Assembly (NCBI GenBank): GCA_029715105.1
Contig: CP085695.1
Span: 510,001-542,000 of the forward strand
Direction: 5' to 3'
DNA: 32,000 bases
Source of the DNA: Candidatus Saccharimonadota bacterium
GTDB lineage: Bacteria; Pseudomonadota; Alphaproteobacteria; Rickettsiales; Anaplasmataceae
A program made the translations under genes and the position numbers. The notes beneath the pieces are model-generated. The model was given only the letters and a program-made list of their open reading frames with translations. It had not been told where the DNA came from and made no database searches. The stretch's first letter is position 1. Every line of letters starts with the position of its first letter. Below, one piece after another: positions 1 to 15,042 of this stretch.

Positions 1-4979
<4,979 letters not shown>

Positions 4980-5034
4980 CTAAAACACCACATTAATATC
5001 GAAACTTAATACAATCAAAACTTATTATGAATTC

Positions 5035-5989
<955 letters not shown>

Positions 5990-6000
5990 AACACTAACTC

Positions 6001-6657
6001 CTAAATTATATCTTCTATTTTATTTACTACTTTATAAGCTTTCCCCATAGTTGAATTCAAAAAAACACTTTTAAAATAAACTCCCCTGAAAGAAGGAGGC
6101 TTGATATTTTTAATAGCCACAAGAAAAGCTCTTAAATTTTCCAGTAAATCATCAACACTAAACTTAACACTTCCTAATTTACTATGAATAATACCGTTTT
6201 TATCTGTTCTAAACTTTATTTGACCAGATTTAATAACTCTTATAGCTTCTGCAACCTCAAAAGTTACAGTACCAAATTTGGAATTTGGAATCAATCCTTT
6301 AGAACCCAATATTTTAGCAATAGGAGCAATTTTTGTCATAAAATCAGGAGTAGCAATACACCAATCAACATCTAATTTTCTACCATTCCTTATTTCCTCA
6401 ATAAGATCTTCTCCACCTAAAATATCAGCACCAACCTTCTTAGCTTCTAATAAATACCTATCTCCAGCAAAAACAGCTACTTTGATATTTTTCCCAATAC
6501 CCTTAGGCAAAATCACTGTACCACGCAACTGTTCTTCAGATTTACGTGAATCTACGCCTAAATTAACTACAATATCAACCGATTCATCAAATCGCGCCGA
6601 AGCAAATTTAATAACCTTTTCTAAACATTGCCTTAAATTATCGTGATACATATTCAT
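6001..6657 (-). CDS. rplA: 50S ribosomal protein L1
   Basis: 218-aa ORF with L1 motifs: [66 protein letters not shown]. Confidence 0.95.
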   Translation of the reverse strand: MNMYHDNLRQCLEKVIKFASARFDESVDIVVNLGVDSRKSEEQLRGTVILPKGIGKNIKVAVFAGDRYLLEAKKVGADILGGEDLIEEIRNGRKLDVDWCIATPDFMTKIAPIAKILGSKGLIPNSKFGTVTFEVAEAIRVIKSGQIKFRTDKNGIIHSKLGSVKFSVDDLLENLRAFLVAIKNIKPPSFRGVYFKSVFLNSTMGKAYKVVNKIEDII

Positions 6658-6680
6658 TGTACATCTAACCCTTTTATAAA

Positions 6681-7118
6681 CTATAAAACTTCTATACCCA
6701 TGGATCTTGCAGTACCTACAACCATTTTTACAGCAGAACTCTCATTATCAACTTTCATATCAATCATTTTACGTTTCGCTATTCTAATTATAGCAGACAT
6801 AGACAACTTCGCCACTAATTCCTTACCTGCACTACCAGAACCTTTATCTAACTTAGCTTCTTGCTTAAGCAAATAAGCAACTGGAGGACCACTAATAGTA
6901 AAATTATGGGAACGATCGTCTTTTATAAAAATTCGTACTGTCACCAAATCACCTACCTTATAATTAGCATTGGAAATGCTAGTCATTTTGTTAAAGGCCT
7001 CACAAAACCTAGGAATAGGTATACCACGTGGGCCAAGAACAGAAGCAATTTTAGGTCCAGGAGCCGCTTTTCCAGCTTCTATTAATAAGTTAATTTTAGC
7101 AACTATAGTATCACCCAT
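6681..7118 (-). CDS. rplK: 50S ribosomal protein L11
   Basis: 145-aa ORF with L11 motifs: [36 protein letters not shown]...[27 protein letters not shown]...GSGSAGKE. Confidence 0.96.
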   Translation of the reverse strand: MGDTIVAKINLLIEAGKAAPGPKIASVLGPRGIPIPRFCEAFNKMTSISNANYKVGDLVTVRIFIKDDRSHNFTISGPPVAYLLKQEAKLDKGSGSAGKELVAKLSMSAIIRIAKRKMIDMKVDNESSAVKMVVGTARSMGIEVL

Positions 7119-7123
7119 AAAAT

Positions 7124-7960
7124 TTAATCCTCTACTTTTTCTACTTGAGCCAAATCTAACTCTATTATTGTTGGTTTACCCAAAATTAACACCTCTACAT
7201 TAACAACTTTTTTATCATCATCGATCATATCAACTTTACCAGTAAAATTCTGAAAAAGACCATCATTGATTTTTACCTTCTCTCCTTTTTCATAACCACA
7301 ACTCAATTTTTTTATCTCTTGAGCATTATAAAGTGCACTACACATCGATCGAATTTCACTATCTGAAATCTCCTTAGGAAGACTACCATCTTTTAAAAAT
7401 CCATAAACTTTAAGAGATTTTGGTATACCATTAATAAAATTTAATACTTCATCGCATAAATTCACATATAAAAACAGATAACCAGGAAAACACTTCCTTC
7501 GCGTAATAATTTTTTTAGATCTTAATCCTGATTCACTAGGTTCTTCGTAAGGAATAAAAACTTCTTTGAAATAGTTTCTAACTCCTAACCTAACAGAATT
7601 CTCTAACACATATTGACGTACCTTTTCCTCATAATTAGAAGCAACTCTTAAAATATACCACTTATATTTATCAAACTCTTTACGCTTCAGAAGCATTTCA
7701 TCATTTAAAACCACCTCAAAATCACCAGACTCATCGTTATAGAATCCAGGTATTTTATTTAAAATATCTCTACTCTCATTACATAAATGCATATATACAT
7801 ATACCTGACATAAATCTCCCATATTTACATCAGATTTCGAATTACTTATTGTCTGATAAGGAATGAATACTTCTTTAAAATAAATAGCACGATTTACTAA
7901 CTCACGCATATGCCACTCACATCCGTAACTAATTTTAATAATATACCATTTATATTCCAT
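7124..7960 (-). CDS. nusG: Transcription termination/antitermination factor NusG, unusually long, with two tandem NGN-like segments and one KOW domain
   Basis: The ORF track gives 7124..7966 (280 aa, TTG start). The first ATG is at 7960 (MEYKWYIIK). The second half is a standard NusG: KWYILRVASNYEEKV...FPGYLFLYV...GEKVKINDGLFQNFTGKVDMID. An alternative canonical-length start is Met91 (ATG 7696). The position between secE and rplK is the conserved one. Confidence 0.9.
   Translation of the reverse strand: MEYKWYIIKISYGCEWHMRELVNRAIYFKEVFIPYQTISNSKSDVNMGDLCQVYVYMHLCNESRDILNKIPGFYNDESGDFEVVLNDEMLLKRKEFDKYKWYILRVASNYEEKVRQYVLENSVRLGVRNYFKEVFIPYEEPSESGLRSKKIITRRKCFPGYLFLYVNLCDEVLNFINGIPKSLKVYGFLKDGSLPKEISDSEIRSMCSALYNAQEIKKLSCGYEKGEKVKINDGLFQNFTGKVDMIDDDKKVVNVEVLILGKPTIIELDLAQVEKVED
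7352..7957 (-). repeat. Internal tandem duplication of the NGN-domain coding segment inside nusG (copy 1 about 7670-7957, copy 2 about 7352-7669)
   Basis: Protein residues 5-99 align colinearly with residues 101-205: YKWYI, YFKEVFIPY, and LCNESRDILNKIPG against LCDEVLNFINGIPK. DNA anchors are aatataaatggtatatt vs aatataagtggtatatt, and aaagaagtattcattcctta vs aaagaagtttttattcctta. Confidence 0.6.
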
Positions 7961-8150
7961 AAACAATTCCGTATAAAGCCTTAATCACATAAAGAAGTAT
8001 AAAATCCACTAAATAAAAAAAAATCGAAAAGCATAACATAACAACCATCACAATAAATAAAGATGACAATATCTCTTGCTTCTTCAACCAAGCAACTCTA
8101 CGTATTTCTTGCTTAATATCATATAAAAACACACCAAAATTTTTTAACAT
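7950..8150 (-). CDS. secE: Preprotein translocase subunit SecE
   Basis: Small ORF (track 7950..8159, GTG start; first ATG at 8150 gives MLKNFGVFLYDIKQEIRRVAWLKKQEILSS followed by one hydrophobic helix). The pattern and the position directly upstream of nusG are typical of SecE. Confidence 0.85.
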   Translation of the reverse strand: MLKNFGVFLYDIKQEIRRVAWLKKQEILSSLFIVMVVMLCFSIFFYLVDFILLYVIKALYGIVYGI

Positions 8151-8172
8151 TGCTATCACTATAAATAACGCG

Positions 8173-8245
8173 CAGGAGCAATAGGAATTGAACCTACAAC
8201 CTCTGGTTTTGGAGACCAGTGCTCTACCGATTGAGCTACACTCCT
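8173..8245 (-). tRNA. trnW: tRNA-Trp (anticodon CCA)
   Basis: The minus strand reads AGGAGTGTAGCTCAATCGGTAGAGCACTGGTCTCCAAAACCAGAGGTTGTAGGTTCAATTCCTATTGCTCCTG. It folds as a cloverleaf: 7-bp acceptor stem (two G-U pairs), D arm GCTC/GAGC, anticodon stem CTGGT/ACCAG with loop CTCCAAA, T arm GTAGG-TTCAATT-CCTAT. No CCA end is encoded. Confidence 0.95.
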
Positions 8246-8660
8246 ATAAATCACCTATACACAAACTCACTCACTATTTTAATTTACCACTTTTACTGCT
8301 AAACAGCTATCTCAAATTCCGAATACAACATAAAATTAATTACTAGAATTAACTAAAATTAAACAGCCTACTAAGAAACATAATCTCCTGCTTATTCTCT
8401 TCTTGTTAACCCCCCACTTGTTCTCGGCACCCATAATTCCACCTTCGTTACACCAGCACTTCTTAATTAATTTTCCAGTTATAACAATCAACAAAAGAGA
8501 TGTTAATTCGCAAACTAATGCAGTCACTCTCTACAAAACCTTAATTTCTTTCCATATTATTTTCTTTATTTTTATTTATTAAACAACGCTTCCTTAGTAT
8601 AACCTTTACACAATAAAAACTCACTTTTCTACTACGTAATTCCATCCTTTTCCTAATAAT

Positions 8661-10718
8661 TTACCTTAACTCGTTAAACACATACTGAGGAACTTGTTCA
8701 TAACGAGAAAAACGCATATTATATTGAGCTCTTCCCTTAGATACAGAACGCAAAACATTTACATAACCAAACATACTAGCAAGAGGTATTAAAGCAGAAA
8801 TTATAGCACTATTATTACAACACGTTTCTATAGTTAGAATTTGTCCCCTTCTACCATTTATATCACCCACAATACCACCCATATACTCTTCAGGGGTAAC
8901 AATTTCAACTTTCATTATAGGTTCTAACATCTTCGGACCAGCCTTGTTTGCCATTTCTTTAAAAGCACCTTTTGCTGCTAATTCAAAAGCCAAAGGACTT
9001 GAGTCAACTTCATGAAAGGAACCATCAACAAGGGTAGCTCTAAAATCAACAACTGGAAAACCAGAAACTATCCCCCCTTCTCTTACTAACTCCAATCCAT
9101 TTTGCACACCCGGTATATATTCTTTTGGAATCGCACCACCTACAATCTTACTTTTAAACTGAAACCCAGAACCAGCTTCAAGAGGCTCAAACAAAATCTT
9201 TACTCTAGCAAATTGACCAGCACCACCAGACTGTTTTTTATGAGTATAATCAACTTCAACAGATTTGGTAATAGTTTCACGATATGCGACTTTAGGCATA
9301 CCAACATTAACATCAATATTAAACTCACGCTTCACTCTATCTGTAACAATTTCAAGATGTAATTCACCCATGCCTCTCAATATAGTCTGGCCATTCTCCG
9401 AATTTACCGATCTTTTTAAAGACGGATCTTCTGCAACCAATCTAGCCAAAGCAATACCTAATTTTTCCTGATCAGAAGAAATTTTAGGTTCTACAGCAAT
9501 TTCAATAACAGGTTCCGGAAACTCTATACGCTCTAATAATACAGGAAAATCCTGAGAACATAAAGTATCACCAGTAACCGTTTTTTTTAATCCAACTAAT
9601 GCAACTATATCTCCAACTTTAGCTTCATTTATATCTTCTCTATTATTTGCATGCATAAGTAGCATTCTACCAACTCCTTCAGTCTCATTTCTTACCGCAT
9701 TCAACAAAGTTGACCTAGATCTTAATCTACCTGAATAAACACGAATAAACGTCAAACTACCTACAAACTTATCTGTCATAACCTTAAATGCAAGAGCAAC
9801 AAATTTTTCTTGCTCAGAAGGTTTAATTATAATCTTTTTTTCCAAATCCCTAGGATCTGTTCCAACAATTTCACAAATATCAAGAGGAGAAGGCAAAAAA
9901 TCCACTATACCATCCAAAAGTAGCTGAATCCCTTTATTTTTAAAAGCGGATCCACATAATACAGGAACAAACATACTATTAATAACCCCCCTCCTAACAC
10001 ATTTTTTTAATATGTCTACAGGTAAATCGTTAGATTCAAAATAAACATCCATTGCTCTTTCATCAATTCCAGCAACAGTATCCAATAAAAGATTTCTATA
10101 TTTTTGAACTTTACCAAACAAACTAGAAGGAATATCTTCATAAAAAAATAAAGTTCCTAACGCCTCTTCTTTCCATATAACAGCCCTCATAAAAATAAGA
10201 TCAACTACCCCCTTAAAACCTCTTTCACTTCCTATTGGAAGCTGAATAACTAAAGGTTCTGCTCCCAACTTATTTTTAATCATATCAACACATCCATAAA
10301 AATCAGCTCCCACCCTATCCATTTTATTAATAAAACAAATACGAGGAATATTGTACTTATCAGCCTGATGCCAAACAGTTTCAGACTGAGGCTCAACCCC
10401 CGCAACTCCATCAAATACAGCTACAGCCCCATCCAAAACCCGTAATGATCTTTCAACTTCAACAGTAAAGTCAACATGCCCTGGTGTATCAATAATATTA
10501 ATTCTATGATCATTCCAAAAGCAAGTAGTAGCAGCAGACGTAATCGTGATACCACGCTCTTTCTCCTGATCCATCCAATCCATAAACGCCGAACCATCAT
10601 GCACTTCACCAATTCTATTCTGTTTGCCAGTATAGAATAAAATACGTTCAGTTGTGGTAGTCTTACCAGCATCTATATGAGCCATTATACCTATATTTCT
10701 ATACTGAGATACTTTCAT
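8661..10718 (-). CDS. fusA: Translation elongation factor G
   Basis: ORF 8661..10724 (GTG start; ATG at 10718 gives [31 protein letters not shown]). Motifs: [47 protein letters not shown]. Confidence 0.97.
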   Translation of the reverse strand: MKVSQYRNIGIMAHIDAGKTTTTERILFYTGKQNRIGEVHDGSAFMDWMDQEKERGITITSAATTCFWNDHRINIIDTPGHVDFTVEVERSLRVLDGAVAVFDGVAGVEPQSETVWHQADKYNIPRICFINKMDRVGADFYGCVDMIKNKLGAEPLVIQLPIGSERGFKGVVDLIFMRAVIWKEEALGTLFFYEDIPSSLFGKVQKYRNLLLDTVAGIDERAMDVYFESNDLPVDILKKCVRRGVINSMFVPVLCGSAFKNKGIQLLLDGIVDFLPSPLDICEIVGTDPRDLEKKIIIKPSEQEKFVALAFKVMTDKFVGSLTFIRVYSGRLRSRSTLLNAVRNETEGVGRMLLMHANNREDINEAKVGDIVALVGLKKTVTGDTLCSQDFPVLLERIEFPEPVIEIAVEPKISSDQEKLGIALARLVAEDPSLKRSVNSENGQTILRGMGELHLEIVTDRVKREFNIDVNVGMPKVAYRETITKSVEVDYTHKKQSGGAGQFARVKILFEPLEAGSGFQFKSKIVGGAIPKEYIPGVQNGLELVREGGIVSGFPVVDFRATLVDGSFHEVDSSPLAFELAAKGAFKEMANKAGPKMLEPIMKVEIVTPEEYMGGIVGDINGRRGQILTIETCCNNSAIISALIPLASMFGYVNVLRSVSKGRAQYNMRFSRYEQVPQYVFNELR

Positions 10719-10729
10719 AAACACAAATA

Positions 10730-11212
10730 CTAAAAACGAAGATGAGAAAACGCTCTGTTAGCTTCGGCCATTTTGTATTTTTCTTCATACATCTTAAATG
10801 CACCACCCCGCCTATTATAGGCATCTATTATTTCAGATTGAAGACAATCAGAAGAAGTTTTAGCACTTTTCTTCCTCGAAATAGAAGCAGCTTTAACAAT
10901 CCACCTTAACGCTAAAGAAATTGCCCTATTTCTTCTAACCTCACAGGGCACTTGATAAGTTGCCCCACCAACACGGCGAGAACGCACTTCCACGGAAGGA
11001 GTAACATTTTCCACTGCTTTTTCAAAAACTGATACTCCACTTTCATTTATCATTTTCTTTTCAATTAAAGACAAGGCATAATACACAATCCTTTCAGCAA
11101 CAGACTTCTTACCGCACCTCATAACCACATTAATAAAACGCATCAATAGAACACTACCATAACGCGAATCAGGAACTACCTCTCTCCTTTTTGCTTTACT
11201 ACGACGAGCCAT
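10730..11212 (-). CDS. rpsG: 30S ribosomal protein S7
   Basis: 160-aa ORF: [20 protein letters not shown]...[20 protein letters not shown]...[12 protein letters not shown]. Confidence 0.97.
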   Translation of the reverse strand: MARRSKAKRREVVPDSRYGSVLLMRFINVVMRCGKKSVAERIVYYALSLIEKKMINESGVSVFEKAVENVTPSVEVRSRRVGGATYQVPCEVRRNRAISLALRWIVKAASISRKKSAKTSSDCLQSEIIDAYNRRGGAFKMYEEKYKMAEANRAFSHLRF

Positions 11213-11216
11213 TATG

Positions 11217-11591
11217 CTAACTAGACTTCTTTACACCATATTTTGAACGGGCCTTTCTACGATTTTGAACACCCTGCAAATCAAGAGCACCTCTTATCAT
11301 GTGATAGCGCACACCAGGTAAGTCCTTAACTCTACCGCCACGTATTAAAACAACAGAATGTTCTTGCAAATTATGACCCTCACCAGGTATATAAGCCGTT
11401 ACTTCGCCATATCCACTAATCCTCACCCTTGCTACCTTGCGCAACGCGGAATTAGGCTTCCTGGGAGTTGTGGTATACACCTTCGTACAGACACCCCTTC
11501 TTTGAGGATTTCTATCTCCAAGAGCAGGCACTTTTTTCTTATAGGGCAACCTTAACCTACCCATTCTCACTAACTGATTTATTGTAGGCAT
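11217..11591 (-). CDS. rpsL: 30S ribosomal protein S12
   Basis: ORF 11217..11597 (TTG start). ATG at 11591 gives [12 protein letters not shown]...[66 protein letters not shown]. Confidence 0.97.
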   Translation of the reverse strand: MPTINQLVRMGRLRLPYKKKVPALGDRNPQRRGVCTKVYTTTPRKPNSALRKVARVRISGYGEVTAYIPGEGHNLQEHSVVLIRGGRVKDLPGVRYHMIRGALDLQGVQNRRKARSKYGVKKSS

Positions 11592-11627
11592 TAACAAAAC
11601 TTTAATAAATCAACTACCATATCTACG

Positions 11628-11656
11628 ATAATAAACAATAAAACCCTAATAGTCAA
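11628..11656 (-). promoter_or_regulatory. Candidate sigma-70 promoter of the rpsL-rpsG-fusA operon (TTGACT-N17-TATTAT)
   Basis: The minus strand reads tatatTTGACTattagggttttattgttTATTATcgtagat. The -35 is at 11651-11656 and the -10 at 11628-11633, about 35 nt upstream of the rpsL ATG. AT-rich DNA produces many -10-like hexamers, so this is tentative. Confidence 0.35.
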
Positions 11657-11877
11657 TATAAAATATCATAACTATAACCCATAAATTAGCGAAATACTAC
11701 CATTCCATTAAAGAACACCAATCAAAGTTTATGTAAAAAATTTATTCAATAAACAAAACGCCCGCCAAATAAAATATCCTACACACACGCAATACATTTG
11801 ATTATTAATCATGTCATTTGTAATAGTTCATTTGCAATAGTATATATAAAAAATTATAAAATCAAAAACTCCATCAT

Positions 11878-13029
11878 CTATACTAACTCTGTATGTAAAT
11901 CCCTAACTAAAATTTCAGCATATTCTCTGTGAACTATTACACTAATTTTAATTTCAGATGCTGTAATAGCAAATACTTCCACTTTTTTTTTGCTCAAAAC
12001 CGTAAATATACGACGCATTACCTCAACATCAGATATAATACCAATACCAATCACTGAAATTTTAGCTACATTATTATTTATAATATAACTTCCACTCAAT
12101 AAATTCTCTACCAAAACAATATCAAATTCGGAAATTATAATACTAGATCCGTGTATCATATCGATTTTAATATTTGCTCTTATAATATCTCTTAAAACAC
12201 GCAAATTATCCGAAATACTAGCAAAGGTTATAAGGGATTTATTAGCGCTACAAGTTATTCCAGTAATTATATATTTCTCTAATATATCTTTTTTACACAG
12301 CACCACGGTTCCTTCTGTCTCTCTAAAGGTAGATAACACTTGTATCTTAATATTGTGTCTCATTGCAAGCTGTACAGAACGACTATGTAATATTTTTGCA
12401 CCAGATGATGACATTTCTAACATTTCATCATAGGAAATAAATTTTAGCTTACGTGCCTTCGGAACAATTTTTGGATCAGCTGTATATATTCCATCAATAT
12501 CAGTAAAAATTTCACAAACTTTAACTTTAAAAGCTACCGCTAATGCAACTGCTGATATATCAGAGCCCCCTCTTCCGAAAGTAGTTATTCTACCATTAAA
12601 TACACCTTGAAAGCCTGCAACAATAGCTACAGTATACCCCTCTTCAAGAGACCTTTTTAATTTATCAACTTCTATCGTTTTTATTTTAGACTTTGAATAA
12701 AAATCATCAGTTATAATAGGTAATTGCCAAGCAAGCCAAGATTTGGCATTTACCCCAATAGACCGGAGTGTGATTGCCAACATACCACAAGAGATTTGTT
12801 CTCCAGCTGAAAGTATAACGTCGCATTCAGATAATTCTTGTTTACAACATAAATTTGAAATTTTTCTAACTTGAAAAGTCATTTGATTAGTAAAATCTGC
12901 AATTGCAGATACAACAACAATTACACTACAACCCTTCTCAACGTCTTTCTTTATTAAATTTGCAACTCGATTTAAATCGGTCAATGATGTTCCACCAAAT
13001 TTCTTTATGATTATATTAGTATTACTCAT
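11878..13029 (-). CDS. lysC: Aspartate kinase (monofunctional, with C-terminal ACT domains)
   Basis: 383-aa ORF: IIIKKFGGTSLTDLNRVANLI...VVVVSA...GFQG...ITTFGRGGSDISAVALA...IFTDIDGIYTADPKIVPKARKL..ISYDEMLEMSSSGAKILH. Confidence 0.93.
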   Translation of the reverse strand: MSNTNIIIKKFGGTSLTDLNRVANLIKKDVEKGCSVIVVVSAIADFTNQMTFQVRKISNLCCKQELSECDVILSAGEQISCGMLAITLRSIGVNAKSWLAWQLPIITDDFYSKSKIKTIEVDKLKRSLEEGYTVAIVAGFQGVFNGRITTFGRGGSDISAVALAVAFKVKVCEIFTDIDGIYTADPKIVPKARKLKFISYDEMLEMSSSGAKILHSRSVQLAMRHNIKIQVLSTFRETEGTVVLCKKDILEKYIITGITCSANKSLITFASISDNLRVLRDIIRANIKIDMIHGSSIIISEFDIVLVENLLSGSYIINNNVAKISVIGIGIISDVEVMRRIFTVLSKKKVEVFAITASEIKISVIVHREYAEILVRDLHTELV

Positions 13030-13780
13030 AGTTAAATTCTACTAATCAATATCAAAAATTTTTAAAAACTAATTTATCTTTATACACACAGAATCAAATT
13101 CGATACTACAATAACTTATCAAGTTATAATCATTTCAACAAATTTAATTAAAACTCAACAAAAGTAAAATTTTATACATAGTTCTCCTAAAATATTCGCA
13201 TATTTATGGCTTTCTTAAACTAAACTCTAAAAAATTTAACGGTTAAATCAAAATTCCAGTCTTTTATAAATCAAAGTCCGCTCTATAATCCTATTTTTTA
13301 TTAACGTTCCGAAACATTAAACGCTTAGATCTATATAAAGAAAAGAAATTACTACTAAAATACAATTAAAGTGTACAAAAATTACAATGGCAACACAAAT
13401 AAAATAAAGTTTTACAAATCCCCATAGATGTTATTTACAATTACTACAGTTTATATTTATTTTTATTTTTAAATTTTAGTTTTTTATATATAGACACAGT
13501 TCACATTATGAATATAATTCAGCATAAGGTTCTGTTCTACACGTTATAGTTAAGTGAACTTTTCCGAGTGATAATTTTTGATCAAGGGAATTACCTCTGT
13601 TAATTTTTTTGAATTAGTATGTAATGCCCACCTTAACTTCGAAGTCTCGTAGAAAATCTACTAGAACTAACGGTAGATACAGATCCTTTTTAATTTAGTT
13701 AACCTTCTTTACTACTGGCAAACTTATGACTTTTAATATTATGAGATGGGTATTATTATAGCAATATATTAGTAATATAT

Positions 13781-14281
13781 ATGATAACACTACATAGATA
13801 CAAAAAACAAAGCACATTATCCTGTCCACTTGATAAAATATTTCAAATTGTAATTGATATTGAAAAGTATCCTGATTTTCTCCCTTGGTGTAAAGCTGTC
13901 CATATAAAAAAAAAAGTTGATGATCAAATAATTGTAGATCTTGTAATAACTTTCTATAACTTTAAAAAAAAGTACACATCAAATATAACTTTTCTTCCTC
14001 CAAATAAAATAAATGAATGCTGGATAAAAGTTACATCGACAAACGGAATATTCAAATACTTATACAACGAATGGAAATTCATTCCTATGAATAAAAACAC
14101 TACTGTAGTAAAATTTTATATAGAATTTAAATTTAAATCTAATTCGCTTTCAACTATATTAAGCTTAGTATATAAATACGTACAAAATAGAATAATTGAT
14201 GCTTTTGAAAAAAGAATCAAGAAACTTGCTTCAAGTGATAAATGTAATGAAAGCAAGCTTGACATCATCAATATAGATTAG
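13781..14281 (+). CDS. SRPBCC/START-fold protein of the RatA/Coq10 (ubiquinone-binding, cyclase/dehydrase-like) family
   Basis: 166-aa ORF: ...CPLDKIFQIVIDIEKYPDFLPWCKAVHI...NEWKFIPMNKNTTVVKFYIEFKFKS...VQNRIIDAFEKR. The pattern is typical of the RatA/PasT/Coq10 polyketide_cyc2 family. Confidence 0.72.
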   Translation: MITLHRYKKQSTLSCPLDKIFQIVIDIEKYPDFLPWCKAVHIKKKVDDQIIVDLVITFYNFKKKYTSNITFLPPNKINECWIKVTSTNGIFKYLYNEWKFIPMNKNTTVVKFYIEFKFKSNSLSTILSLVYKYVQNRIIDAFEKRIKKLASSDKCNESKLDIINID

Positions 14282-14313
14282 TTACCCTAATAATTAATAA
14301 AAGTTCTTATAAA

Positions 14314-15042
14314 ATGTTTTTCAAGTTATCAATTTTACTTATCTCTATCTTTATAAGTGCTAATTCTTACACTGATATTAAGAAAGAGGATCTATCTAAA
14401 AAACAATGCACTCAAGAAGTTATTGAAGAAATAACAACAGAAAAATTACTATCACCATTACCTGACGATAAATTATTGGGAAATCTAGAAGCTCCAATCT
14501 TAATGATAGAATATGCTTCGCTCACCTGCTATCATTGTTCTCTATTCCATAGAGATGTCTTTCCTGCAATTAAAAAAAAATATATAGATACTGGTAAAAT
14601 ATTGTATATATATCGTCATTTTCCATTGGATTATAGGGGTTTAAAAGCTGCAATGTTGAGTTTTTGTTATAAAAATGAAGAGGATTATTTTAATTTTAAT
14701 AAAGCCGTTTTTAATTCGATAGACTTATGGAATTATTCTGACTTAAGCGATTTAACTGTACTACAAAAAATTGCTTCATTAAGTAACTTAAAGCATGACA
14801 TTTTTAACAGGTGTATTGATGAAGAAAAAAATAAAGAAGTATTTAATAAAATTATTAACGATAAATCTCTTGCGATAAATAAACTCGGCGTTACAGCTAC
14901 CCCAATGTTTTTTATAAAATTCAATAACAATTTGTATGCAGATACAAATATAGAACACGACAAAATAAAACACGAAGGATATAGAACATTAGAATACTTT
15001 ACCGATATAATCGATAGATTATATGAAAAAACCGTGAAATAA
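14314..15042 (+). CDS. dsbA: Periplasmic thiol:disulfide oxidoreductase, DsbA family (CYHC active site), with N-terminal signal peptide
   Basis: 242-aa ORF: MFFKLSILLISIFISANS signal peptide, then ILMIEYASLTCYHCSLFHRDVFPAIKKKYIDTGKILYIYRHFPLD and a cis-Pro region GVTATPMFFI. As I recall, CYHC is the active site described for Wolbachia alpha-DsbA1. Confidence 0.85.
   Translation: MFFKLSILLISIFISANSYTDIKKEDLSKKQCTQEVIEEITTEKLLSPLPDDKLLGNLEAPILMIEYASLTCYHCSLFHRDVFPAIKKKYIDTGKILYIYRHFPLDYRGLKAAMLSFCYKNEEDYFNFNKAVFNSIDLWNYSDLSDLTVLQKIASLSNLKHDIFNRCIDEEKNKEVFNKIINDKSLAINKLGVTATPMFFIKFNNNLYADTNIEHDKIKHEGYRTLEYFTDIIDRLYEKTVK

Noticed and set aside
8336-8527. A 63-codon GTG-initiated ORF in the fusA/tRNA-Trp spacer, considered as a real protein-coding gene.
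   Set aside because: It has no Shine-Dalgarno sequence and a low-complexity hydrophobic or basic composition. It has no recognisable family beyond two very short EF-Tu-like strings. It is treated only as a possible tuf relic in the findings, not as a gene.
13030-13780. The 751-bp divergent spacer (lysC on the minus strand, RatA-like gene on the plus strand), considered as a replication origin. It contains one relaxed DnaA-box-like 9-mer, TTATACACA, at 13080-13088.
   Set aside because: - There is only a single box-like match, and TTAA-N7-TTAA (CtrA-like) motifs are not clearly present.
- The window has several other strand switches.
- As I recall, the flanking genes are not those reported around the predicted Wolbachia origin (hemE/tlyC).
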